64,000 nucleotides of DNA, taken from NCBI GenBank assembly GCA_963675595.2, contig CAXXLZ010000002.1:448001-512000 (forward strand), read 5' to 3'. Positions within the stretch are counted from its first letter, which is position 1, and the number at the start of each line of letters is the position of its first letter. Of the stretch, positions 28,851 through 37,044 are shown one piece after another. The translations under genes and the position numbers were made by a program. Source of the stretch: Thermodesulfobacteriota bacterium (GTDB lineage: Bacteria > Desulfobacterota > Desulfarculia > JACQYL01). The notes beneath the pieces were generated by a model. It was not told where the DNA came from. It did not search any database and saw only the letters and a list, made by a program, of their open reading frames with translations.

Positions 28851-29067
28851 GTCAAGCCGGAATTGGATAACCGTTTCCTATTCGCGCCCGAAGCGCCAAG
28901 TACACATGCGATGTAGAAGCGAAGATGCCGCCATTTCCCCAGCGCTACCGATGCAGCCAAACTTTATCGCGGCCGTCTCCGCTTTTTTCTCCCGGCTTGA
29001 GGCTCGGGACCCACCTCAAGTATGGGTCCCGAGCCGGTTGGGTTCTCCTAAACAAGTCCTAACCGGC
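28851..29067 (-). ncRNA. Putative bridge RNA / seekRNA of the IS1111-type element
   Basis: Long 5' stems, then two loops, each with an internal hairpin flanked by segments matching the target (TGGGGAAA, AGTTT) or donor (ATAGGAAA, GTACTT) junctions. RNA ends are approximate. Confidence 0.75.
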
Positions 29068-30156
29068 TCATGCTTGGTCCGCTTGGAGACGAAATTCATA
29101 GGTCCGTTTTTCCATGGTCAATCGCCATAGAACAACGGCCAGTTTCCGTGCCAACGCACAAATGGCCTTTTGTGGAAGGCCCGTTCGCGACAGGAGTTTT
29201 CGATAATGCGAATCAATGGCCGGATCCCTGGACTTCCACGTCCAGGCCGCCTCCACCAACAGACTCCGCAGTCGCGTCTGACCCACGGGAGGAAGCGCCA
29301 CTCGAGATTTCCGCTCTCCGCTTTGTCTTACCAACGGTGCGAGTCCCAGATAGCTGGTCACTTCCTCCACCCGATGGAACCGACTCGGGCGAAACAATTC
29401 CAGGAGGAAGGTAGCCGCTGTGATGGGACCCACCCCGGGGACGCTTCGAAGGCATCGCATTTCCTCAAAGTGTTCAGGTTTCTCGCACACACTGGAAGTC
29501 CTTTCCTCCATGAAGGCTTTTTCCTTTGTGAGGAAATTCAACTCACGGAGCAAGCTGAGCAGCGTCGCTTTGGCCTCCTTCGGCAGACGAAGCTTTCGAA
29601 GTTGCGCCACAGCGCTTCGGCCCCAATGATTGAGCCCGGGAGGCGCCTCCACACCGTGAAACAGCAGAAGGGATTGAATTCTCTGCTTAACGCGTCGAGT
29701 GCCGTCGGCCAGATCGTGCCGACGGCGAATTACGCTGCGTTCGGCCTCCTCTTCCTCCGTGGGAACGGCGATGGACTTCAATATCCCTCGGGCGGCATGG
29801 TCCGCCAACCGCATGCAATCCAGGCGGTCGGTCTTGGCCCCCGCAGTCACCGGCCTAGGGACCCGACTCGGCGCCACCACGATCACGCTGAACCCGGCTT
29901 TGGCCAAAGTGCGCGCAAGGCCGAAGCCGGTGGGCCCCGCTTCGTAGGCTACGGCTCGGATGCGCCTCAAGTGGGGGAGCAACATGGCCACGATGGCCTC
30001 CGGAGAGGCCGAGGACACAAAAGTCTTCACCTCGCCGTCGCTGCGAAGCACGGCCACGTGGTAGCTCTTTTTGTGTACGTCGATCCCGACGTGGAAATCA
30101 CGGTCGATATCCAGCTCCAAAAACTTGGCCAATTCTGTTACTTTCGTTGCTACCAT
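29068..30156 (-). CDS. IS110-family DEDD recombinase/transposase
   Basis: VGIDVHK, YEAGPTG, KTDRLDC, SVPGVGPITA, SYLGLAP..RQSG (catalytic Ser), ALARKL; SD AAAGGAG before ATG 30156. Confidence 0.96.
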   Translation of the reverse strand: MVATKVTELAKFLELDIDRDFHVGIDVHKKSYHVAVLRSDGEVKTFVSSASPEAIVAMLLPHLRRIRAVAYEAGPTGFGLARTLAKAGFSVIVVAPSRVPRPVTAGAKTDRLDCMRLADHAARGILKSIAVPTEEEEAERSVIRRRHDLADGTRRVKQRIQSLLLFHGVEAPPGLNHWGRSAVAQLRKLRLPKEAKATLLSLLRELNFLTKEKAFMEERTSSVCEKPEHFEEMRCLRSVPGVGPITAATFLLELFRPSRFHRVEEVTSYLGLAPLVRQSGERKSRVALPPVGQTRLRSLLVEAAWTWKSRDPAIDSHYRKLLSRTGLPQKAICALARKLAVVLWRLTMEKRTYEFRLQADQA

Positions 30157-30430
30157 GTTGGTCTCCTTTCTGTTTGGGTGATGCTCCATCATAACGATCG
30201 AGCACCTGAGGCCAACATGGTATTTCCCCATGGATGTGGAGTGTTAACTTTCTATAAGTTTTTCCCTCGAAAACGATCATGAATCCGTTTATGATTCCCG
30301 ATCAGTGACTTTGAAAGCGTGCTGCCGGTAAATAGGAAAACGGTCGGCAGTCGGAGGCCGCAATGCGATGGGTCTCAACTCTTCGCTTTCACCAACCCAT
30401 TTCCATTTTTTGTTCGGAGGAAGCCCAAGT

Positions 30431-31990
30431 ATGAAAAGAAGTGCATTTTTTTTCGTCCTTTTTCTCCTGACCTGCTCCGTCGTCGTTTCAACGCCCCCGG
30501 CGTTTGCCGGCCACGCGGGCATCTGGAAAGCGACGGACGGTTCCAACAACTACTACATCCAGACTTATGAACAGAAATCAGGCATTGAAAGCATCGCGGT
30601 GATCGCCACACCCGATCTCATCAGCTTCCACGTATTTCTGGGAACCGTCATCAACGGCTATCCTCTTCTGAACGATGACCCCAACACCGGGGCAAGCCTT
30701 ACTTTGACGTTCACTTCGGCCACGGAAGGCACCGCCGTGTTTACCCTGAACGGCACCGCCCACGAATCTCCGATCACACAGTCTTTTGTCGAGGACTGTG
30801 AAAACCTGACGGTTTCAAGCTTCATGGACCGAATCATACCCGCGACCCCCGTGGGGAGCGAGGGAGCCGGCCAAGCGGGCATCTGGAAGGCCAACGACAA
30901 TTCCATCAATTTCTACATTCAGACTTACGCCGGAGAGGGAGGATCGAGAAGCATCGCCGTGGTCGCCACGCCGGACCTGATTCAATTCTACGTCTTTTTG
31001 GGGACTATTGTGGACGGCGTGGCTCAGTTGAACCCGGACCCCGTTACCGGTGCGGAACTGAGCCTGGAATTCTCGTCTCTCACCCAAGGGACCGCCACCC
31101 TGATCATGGGCGGGTCCACCGCGGTTTCCCCCATGACCATCGCCTTCACCGCCAATTGCCGCGATCTGTCGCTCAGCGGAGGGAGCGGAGACGGATGGTC
31201 TTCCGGATATGTTTCCCTGGACATGAGCACCTATGCGGGTGAGTTCGGCGACGTTTATGTGGATGCCTACGCGACCTTCGCCTCCTTCAGCCAGGAACCC
31301 CAATGGTACGAGGACCCATCAGCCGCGGTGCGCGACATTCCATTGGACACCTGCGTGTTCAATTCATACGACATGGACAGTTCAGGAATCGAGATTCCCG
31401 GGCTTCTCGACGCCGGTGATTACGTGGACGTGTCTGGAGGACCCTCGGGAACCATCAGTCTCGTCAAGACCACCACGACGGCGGGCCCCTCCTACGCCCC
31501 GGAAGAGGATCTGACCGAGGCCGATTACGGAGCCGGCTCCACTTACACCTTCAGCTCCTCCGGCGGGTCCGACGTGGGTCCTTTCAGCGTCTCGGTCAAG
31601 GCTCCGGATCCTGTTCAACTGATTTATCCGGTTCTGGGAAGCACGCCGCCAAGTATCCCCAGAAACCAGGACCTGAACGTGCAATGGAATGCGGGAAGCG
31701 GCAGCGAGGTGGAGGCATCCATCAGCGCCACCAAGCTGGACCTGCAAAATCAGAAGATTACCTACTATGAGATCTACTGTCGATTCAGCGACGACGGTGA
31801 AGGCACGATTCCCGCTTCCGAGTTGAGCAAGATGCCGGACCTGGCGTCACCCGGGCCCATTCCTTTCACGTCCCCGTCCTACTTCGATCTGATCCGCTAC
31901 AATACGGCTTCCTTTTCGGCAAGCGGCCTTTCCCAGGGAGGTTTCGCGGCGATCAGCACGGGCATGGGCGGCGACATCAACCTCGAATAG
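30431..31990 (+). CDS. Secreted protein with two tandem ~95-aa GIWK/QTY modules and a C-terminal Ig-like region
   Basis: Signal peptide ending PAFA; internal repeat with 120-aa period; C-terminal LDAG, GGSDVGPF, QDLNVQW, CRFSDDG. Confidence 0.85.
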   Translation: MKRSAFFFVLFLLTCSVVVSTPPAFAGHAGIWKATDGSNNYYIQTYEQKSGIESIAVIATPDLISFHVFLGTVINGYPLLNDDPNTGASLTLTFTSATEGTAVFTLNGTAHESPITQSFVEDCENLTVSSFMDRIIPATPVGSEGAGQAGIWKANDNSINFYIQTYAGEGGSRSIAVVATPDLIQFYVFLGTIVDGVAQLNPDPVTGAELSLEFSSLTQGTATLIMGGSTAVSPMTIAFTANCRDLSLSGGSGDGWSSGYVSLDMSTYAGEFGDVYVDAYATFASFSQEPQWYEDPSAAVRDIPLDTCVFNSYDMDSSGIEIPGLLDAGDYVDVSGGPSGTISLVKTTTTAGPSYAPEEDLTEADYGAGSTYTFSSSGGSDVGPFSVSVKAPDPVQLIYPVLGSTPPSIPRNQDLNVQWNAGSGSEVEASISATKLDLQNQKITYYEIYCRFSDDGEGTIPASELSKMPDLASPGPIPFTSPSYFDLIRYNTASFSASGLSQGGFAAISTGMGGDINLE

Positions 31991-32007
31991 ACGCTCACCG
32001 GCTTTCA

Positions 32008-32036
32008 GGGGAACTCCGCGGAAACGGGAGTTCCCC
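32008..32036 (+). terminator. Hairpin, probable terminator
   Basis: GGGGAACTCC-loop-GGAGTTCCCC 18 nt after the stop; no clear U-tail. Confidence 0.5.
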
Positions 32037-32386
32037 CCACTGGAACCGCACCCGCTTCAGTAGTTCGCTATGCCTCTGCCCGTATGTTGTTACCGACCAG
32101 CGGACTTGGGCGCGTTCCCTCGTTCCCGACCTTATTCGATCGTTTCTTTCTCACCGATAATCCCGTCTCCGTTATCCCCTCGGGAATCGTATTCTCGAAT
32201 GTCCCAGAAGCCTCTCACCCCGTCCGGGTCACATCATGTGCCCGAACATGCCTCCCAAGAAGTCCACGGTCTCTGAAACGCCGTGAAATCTTGTTGCCCT
32301 CGGCGAAGACCTTCCGTATATTCGCTGGATAGAGTAACTCCCTTCTCATTTTCTCGCATTGTCCCACATCCGAAAAGGAACCAATC

Positions 32387-34219
32387 ATGCGCAGACCCCT
32401 GATGCTTTATGTAATCATCTGTTTGCTGCCGGCGCTGCTCATCGTCCAATGCGGTGATGATGATTCGTCGCATAAGCAACCATCCGGTGACACCGCCGTT
32501 GTCAGTCAAGCCGGATTCATTTCCATCGAGAACGTCTCGTACTCGTTTCTCAATTCGAGTAATAGCGTGCAAACCTTGTCACCCGAACCGGTTCGAATAT
32601 TCTATTCTTTTCAGAAAGCCGACGATACGAACTCCGACATCAAAGCCGTGGATTTGCCCGTATTGGTCCTCTTTAACGGGGGACCGGGTGCGGCAACATC
32701 CGTCAACTTTATGAGCCTGAACACGGCGGATATTACTCTCTGCAAAGCAGTCACCGGTGAAGAGCTCTACAAGACAAATCCCTATAGTTGGAGAAAGATG
32801 GCCAATATCCTCTATATTGATGCTCCATGGACCGGATTCTCGTACAATTATGGGTATCAGCTTCCTTGTTTTGAAGCCTTTGTCGGTTTAGTAAACGCAA
32901 ATACCTTTAATCCGTTTGTTGACGCCGACCTCATGGTCAGAGCTCTGCTTCAAATTTTGAAGAAATGTCACGTTCAGAAGAACGAAACCGTCATTGTCGG
33001 TGAGAGCTATGGTGGGACTCGCGCAACCGTGATGCTGAACATGCTCCTTTTTCCGGACAATTATCATGGTACACCGGATACCAACCACCTGTTCAAAGAC
33101 AACGCCCTGGTTGACGAAATACGTGCTCACCATCTTGCCGTTCTTGGGACGGAAGACCTGACGCCAAAAGAAATCGCGGCGAAACAGTTCGGCAAAACCG
33201 TGCTGGTTCAGCCCCAACTCACGGGAGAATACTACAACCTGGAAGCCGGGGATCTATTTTCGGAAGAAGATTCAATCATTGATGCCTTATGGAAAGAGCA
33301 AAACCTTGAGAATGTGGGGAAATGGGATCGGAGCGGAGCGCGCGGTTCCGAGAGGAGCATGAGCGCAATCACGTATGTCAGAGACAAGCTCCTTCTGGAT
33401 CCGTATTTTGTGGAAAAAGAGTCGAAGTTCACGGATAAGATGGAATATCACGCCACAAGAGGCCTCCTGCGTGCGGATGTACTTGCTAAAGTCTTGAACC
33501 TGTCCGGTCCGGAGGCGATCAAGAATATCCCCGAGTTTCTTCCTGAGACTCGATCGCAAGCGGGAGCCTACAACAAATGTGTGAGTTCATCCTGTGACGA
33601 TCTCGCGGCTCTCATTCAGAAATTGTTTGGAGAAGAACCGGTCCCCGCGCCGGTGGCGGTAAGAATAGACGAAAACGATGATCTGGTTTATGACTTACCG
33701 CCTATCGAAGACGCGACCTACGATTTAAGAAAATATCTGGGCAGCACTTCCGGATGGTGTGACGAGTATTTCAAACCTTGGGATATCATGCTCTGCTTTA
33801 TTTATTATATCGATTCCATAGACAGCATTTTCACAAAACCCATAGGGAGACGATGGGCCCGTAAAATACATCCTGATTCGGTGATGTACGGGGAGATGTT
33901 TCTTCACAATCTCGCCGTTATGGATGTCATGATCACGAATGCGGACGAAGATCTAATGATATACTCGCCGGCGGTTCCGCCGTCTCTTGCACATTATGGA
34001 GAAATTGTCACAAAGGTTGATCCCGATGACGAGAACAGCACGTTCGTTGTGCACTATAAGGAAGGTTTTCTATCGACAATAGACTCTGAAAACACAGATC
34101 CCACAAGGACCATTTATCATCCCAAATATGAACACTGCGGACACGCCGTTTCAACGGCCAAGCCTGAAAAACTGCGTAACGACGTGGCGAGTTTTCTGGG
34201 ACTTCAGATCCTTCCATAA
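32387..34219 (+). CDS. Peptidase S10 (serine carboxypeptidase)-like lipoprotein
   Basis: Lipobox-like LLIVQC; LFNGGPG, NPYSW, LYIDAP.TGFSY, GESYGG (Ser), DEDL (Asp), CGHAV (His); visibly AT-richer than its flanks. Confidence 0.88.
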   Translation: MRRPLMLYVIICLLPALLIVQCGDDDSSHKQPSGDTAVVSQAGFISIENVSYSFLNSSNSVQTLSPEPVRIFYSFQKADDTNSDIKAVDLPVLVLFNGGPGAATSVNFMSLNTADITLCKAVTGEELYKTNPYSWRKMANILYIDAPWTGFSYNYGYQLPCFEAFVGLVNANTFNPFVDADLMVRALLQILKKCHVQKNETVIVGESYGGTRATVMLNMLLFPDNYHGTPDTNHLFKDNALVDEIRAHHLAVLGTEDLTPKEIAAKQFGKTVLVQPQLTGEYYNLEAGDLFSEEDSIIDALWKEQNLENVGKWDRSGARGSERSMSAITYVRDKLLLDPYFVEKESKFTDKMEYHATRGLLRADVLAKVLNLSGPEAIKNIPEFLPETRSQAGAYNKCVSSSCDDLAALIQKLFGEEPVPAPVAVRIDENDDLVYDLPPIEDATYDLRKYLGSTSGWCDEYFKPWDIMLCFIYYIDSIDSIFTKPIGRRWARKIHPDSVMYGEMFLHNLAVMDVMITNADEDLMIYSPAVPPSLAHYGEIVTKVDPDDENSTFVVHYKEGFLSTIDSENTDPTRTIYHPKYEHCGHAVSTAKPEKLRNDVASFLGLQILP

Positions 34220-34372
34220 CAGGTTGGTGAAAAACGCGACCTGCGGCGTTGCACTTCATCCCTCGTCACTGCGGCGTACTTCTATGTACGCCGCAGTCCT
34301 CGGGATTTGCGCGCCTTGCACGTCATCGTTTTTCACCAACCTGTGGCAACCGGATTTTTCAACGGGCTGTTA
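34217..34372 (+). repeat. MITE/REP-like palindromic element, copy 1
   Basis: Perfect IR ACAGGTTGGTGAAAAACG (34219-36 / 34327-44) plus an outer TTTTCAACGGGCTGTTA end; homologous to 46104-46232 and 49116-49272. Confidence 0.88.
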
Positions 34373-34471
34373 TCCGCCGTTGGATTTGCAGAAGAGGCGG
34401 GATATTGAGAGCCGGAACCCGGAGATGAAATAACCGTCCAAGGGGACGCTGAGGCGTTCGGCCCCCCCCTG

Positions 34472-36631
34472 CTAGTACTTCAACCGGGCGTAAAGCGTTT
34501 TCTTCGAGGCCTGTCGCGCGTCCTTCAAAGTCACGATTCCCCGTTGCGCCAGCAGGGGGATGAGCTTCAGCAGAATCTCAGCCGTAACCAGAGCGTCGCC
34601 CAACGCCGTGTGCCGCCCGGTAACCCGGATCCCCATCCGTCCGGCCACCCCTTCGATCGTGTGGTCTTTCTGGTTGGGGTGCGCCACGGCAGACAGCAGC
34701 AGCGTGTCCACAACGGCGTTGTCGAATTTCACTCCGGTGCGAGCTTCGTTGACTTGCAGCAACCGCATGTCGAAGGCGGCGTTGTGAGCCGCGAGGACGG
34801 TATTCTCACAAAACCGTGAGAAGGCGGGAAGCACTTCCTCAATTCCCGGCTGTCCCTCGAGCATTTCCGGGAGGATCCCGTGAACTTTGATCGAGGCCTC
34901 CGGCACGGGTCGCCTGGGGTCCACCAGACGATCGAATACCTCGCTTCGCAACAACCTGCCGTTCAGGAGTCGCACCGCACCTATGGAAATGATCTCGTCC
35001 CCTCCCGAGGCGTCCAGGCCCGTGGTTTCCGTATCGAATACGGTATACGTCAGCTCCCCGAGGGGAACGTCGTCCACTTCCGGTCGCTGTCCGGGCTGAT
35101 TGAACAAATCGAAATCGTAAAATTCGGGACGACTCGCCACATGGAAATGCTCCCCTTGACTCTCGGAAAAATCCGGAAAAGGCGCGGAAGGGAACAGGAA
35201 GCGAAGGCAAGATACATCCGCAGCGTCGTCCCTCTGAGGCCAGATTTCCGCATTGTGCCGTTCGAGCACTTCTCCGAGCCTCAAAGGAAGCTCCTCGCCC
35301 GTAAGCGAAAGAGTCCGGCCAAGCCAATGCTTCAGCGTCTCCAGGGGAAGTGCGGAACCTTTCCAGCATAGATCCACGTTGACGAAACGACCCTCGGACC
35401 CCAAACGACAGAAAAATTCCTCCCCCAGCTTCCTTCCCTTAATCTCATTGAGCACGAACAGAAAGGCGAGCACCAATGCATAACTGTCCACCCTCAGGTA
35501 CACGTCTCGCCCGCCGGGTGCGGCATCCAGCTTCAACCCCAGCACCTGCCCGCATTTGTGCTTTATGGCGGTCAACAGGTCCGTTCCCGCCATTTCGTCC
35601 AGGGGCCATCCGGTCCGAAATTGACAGGCCTGCTCCCCCGCCACCTGATCCACATGGTCGCTCAACGCCATGGATTCCTGCAGAATGACCTGCTTGAAAC
35701 TCCTCTCCTGCTCATCCTCCATATTGGGATACTCGATCATGGCCTCGATGGCCGCCCGGATGCCTGCCAAAGACCGACGCAGACCCTCCGTGAGGGTCTG
35801 CAAAAGATAATCCCGCTTACACTCCGTCTCAACGCGCTCCGTGATATCGGCCAGAACCAGAATGAAGCCCCGCATCTCCTTAAGTTCGTGGAGTACGGGC
35901 ACCATTTGCACCCTCAGCAGGCGTCCTCCTCCCACCGACACCGCGAAGGAATGCACCAAGCGTCCTTCCCCGCGGCGTACCCTGCGATTCAGCGTATCCA
36001 GAGAGTGGATCACCAGGTTCCGATCCACCACCCCGAAAACCGAACGGCCCAATCCCACCAGTCCCTGGTCCGTGGAAGGCTTCCCCTCGCCGTTCTCTTC
36101 GTCCGACAGCAGCCGGCGGGCTTTGGCGTTATAGAGAAGAATCCTTCCCTCGGTGTTACATACCAGGACACCGTCGGTCAGTTCGGCCATCACTGCGGCC
36201 AGGATGTTTCTCTCTTCTTCGATGCGCGCTTTGGCCTGCTCGACGTGTGTACGCTCCCTGGTCTCCGCTTCTTCAAGCCGGACCGCGATGCGGTTGATGG
36301 TGTCGACCAATCGCAACACTTCTTTTCCACCTTCGATGTTGATGCGATGGGCGGGGTTCACCGTGGCGATCACCGCGGTTTCCTCTTCCAGTCGGTGCAT
36401 GGGGATCAGGTAATAATGCAGTAGTGCATCGATGGCGAGGACGATCCCGCCCACCCCCAGGAAGAGCGCGAGAAACACGTACGCAAAACGTTCTTTCAGT
36501 ATTTCGCTGATCACCGCCCGCTGATTGGGGTCAAGTCGGTCCCAGAACAACACCGAGACGATGGTAACGCCCACCACCAGCACCACCAGGGAAAGAGCCA
36601 CGAACAGCATAAATTTGTTTCTTAAAGGCAT
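34472..36631 (-). CDS. Membrane 2TM-HAMP-PAS-degenerate HisKA/HATPase-like protein fused to a DEDDh (DnaQ-like) 3'-5' exonuclease
   Basis: Two TM helices; PAS (LTDGVLVCN.EGRILLYN); RPEFYDFDLF linker; FDTETTG, AHNAAFD, RHTALGDA; start ATG 36631 overlaps the RR stop. Confidence 0.9.
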   Translation of the reverse strand: MPLRNKFMLFVALSLVVLVVGVTIVSVLFWDRLDPNQRAVISEILKERFAYVFLALFLGVGGIVLAIDALLHYYLIPMHRLEEETAVIATVNPAHRINIEGGKEVLRLVDTINRIAVRLEEAETRERTHVEQAKARIEEERNILAAVMAELTDGVLVCNTEGRILLYNAKARRLLSDEENGEGKPSTDQGLVGLGRSVFGVVDRNLVIHSLDTLNRRVRRGEGRLVHSFAVSVGGGRLLRVQMVPVLHELKEMRGFILVLADITERVETECKRDYLLQTLTEGLRRSLAGIRAAIEAMIEYPNMEDEQERSFKQVILQESMALSDHVDQVAGEQACQFRTGWPLDEMAGTDLLTAIKHKCGQVLGLKLDAAPGGRDVYLRVDSYALVLAFLFVLNEIKGRKLGEEFFCRLGSEGRFVNVDLCWKGSALPLETLKHWLGRTLSLTGEELPLRLGEVLERHNAEIWPQRDDAADVSCLRFLFPSAPFPDFSESQGEHFHVASRPEFYDFDLFNQPGQRPEVDDVPLGELTYTVFDTETTGLDASGGDEIISIGAVRLLNGRLLRSEVFDRLVDPRRPVPEASIKVHGILPEMLEGQPGIEEVLPAFSRFCENTVLAAHNAAFDMRLLQVNEARTGVKFDNAVVDTLLLSAVAHPNQKDHTIEGVAGRMGIRVTGRHTALGDALVTAEILLKLIPLLAQRGIVTLKDARQASKKTLYARLKY

Positions 36632-37002
36632 CAGTCGTTCCCCAACACTTCCCGGACTTTTTCCACCAGCTCCCTGGTTCCAAAAGGTTTCATCACATAG
36701 GCGTCTCCCCCCATGGCCATTCCCTTGGTCACGTCCGTATCCCGACCTTTGGCCGTGAGGAAAACAATCTTGACATCCTTCCACTCCGGGTTCTCTCTGA
36801 CACTTTGACAGACTTCAAAGCCGTCTCTGAGCGGCAGCATGATGTCCAACAAGATCAAATCGGGACCGAATCCTTGAATCTTGTTCAGGGCTTCCTCCCC
36901 GTCTCGGGCGATTTCCACCGCATAGCCCGCCTTCTTCATGAGGAATTCGAGGGAAATCACGATGCTCGGATCGTCTTCCACAATCAGGATTCTCTGGGAC
37001 AT
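36631..37002 (-). CDS. Stand-alone response-regulator receiver
   Basis: ILIVEDD, LDIMLP, FLTAK, KPF; 123 aa with no output domain. Confidence 0.93.
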   Translation of the reverse strand: MSQRILIVEDDPSIVISLEFLMKKAGYAVEIARDGEEALNKIQGFGPDLILLDIMLPLRDGFEVCQSVRENPEWKDVKIVFLTAKGRDTDVTKGMAMGGDAYVMKPFGTRELVEKVREVLGND

Positions 37003-37044
37003 GGTGTGCTCCCCACGCCTCGACCCGGTCGAGGATATCTCGCG

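Larger units (their letters stand above)
28833..30227 (-). mobile_element. IS110-family, IS1111-type insertion sequence (complete)
   Basis: Subterminal IRs ATGTGGCCTCAA (28839-28850) and CTGAGGCCAACAT (30206-30218); shared TTTCC at both junctions (28833-37, 30223-27); ~220-nt non-coding region 3' of the transposase. Confidence 0.9.

Noticed and set aside
34217-34372. CRISPR-like or tRNA-like reading of the palindromic repeats
   Set aside because: Dispersed single copies with no repeat-spacer periodicity or cloverleaf; no cas genes.
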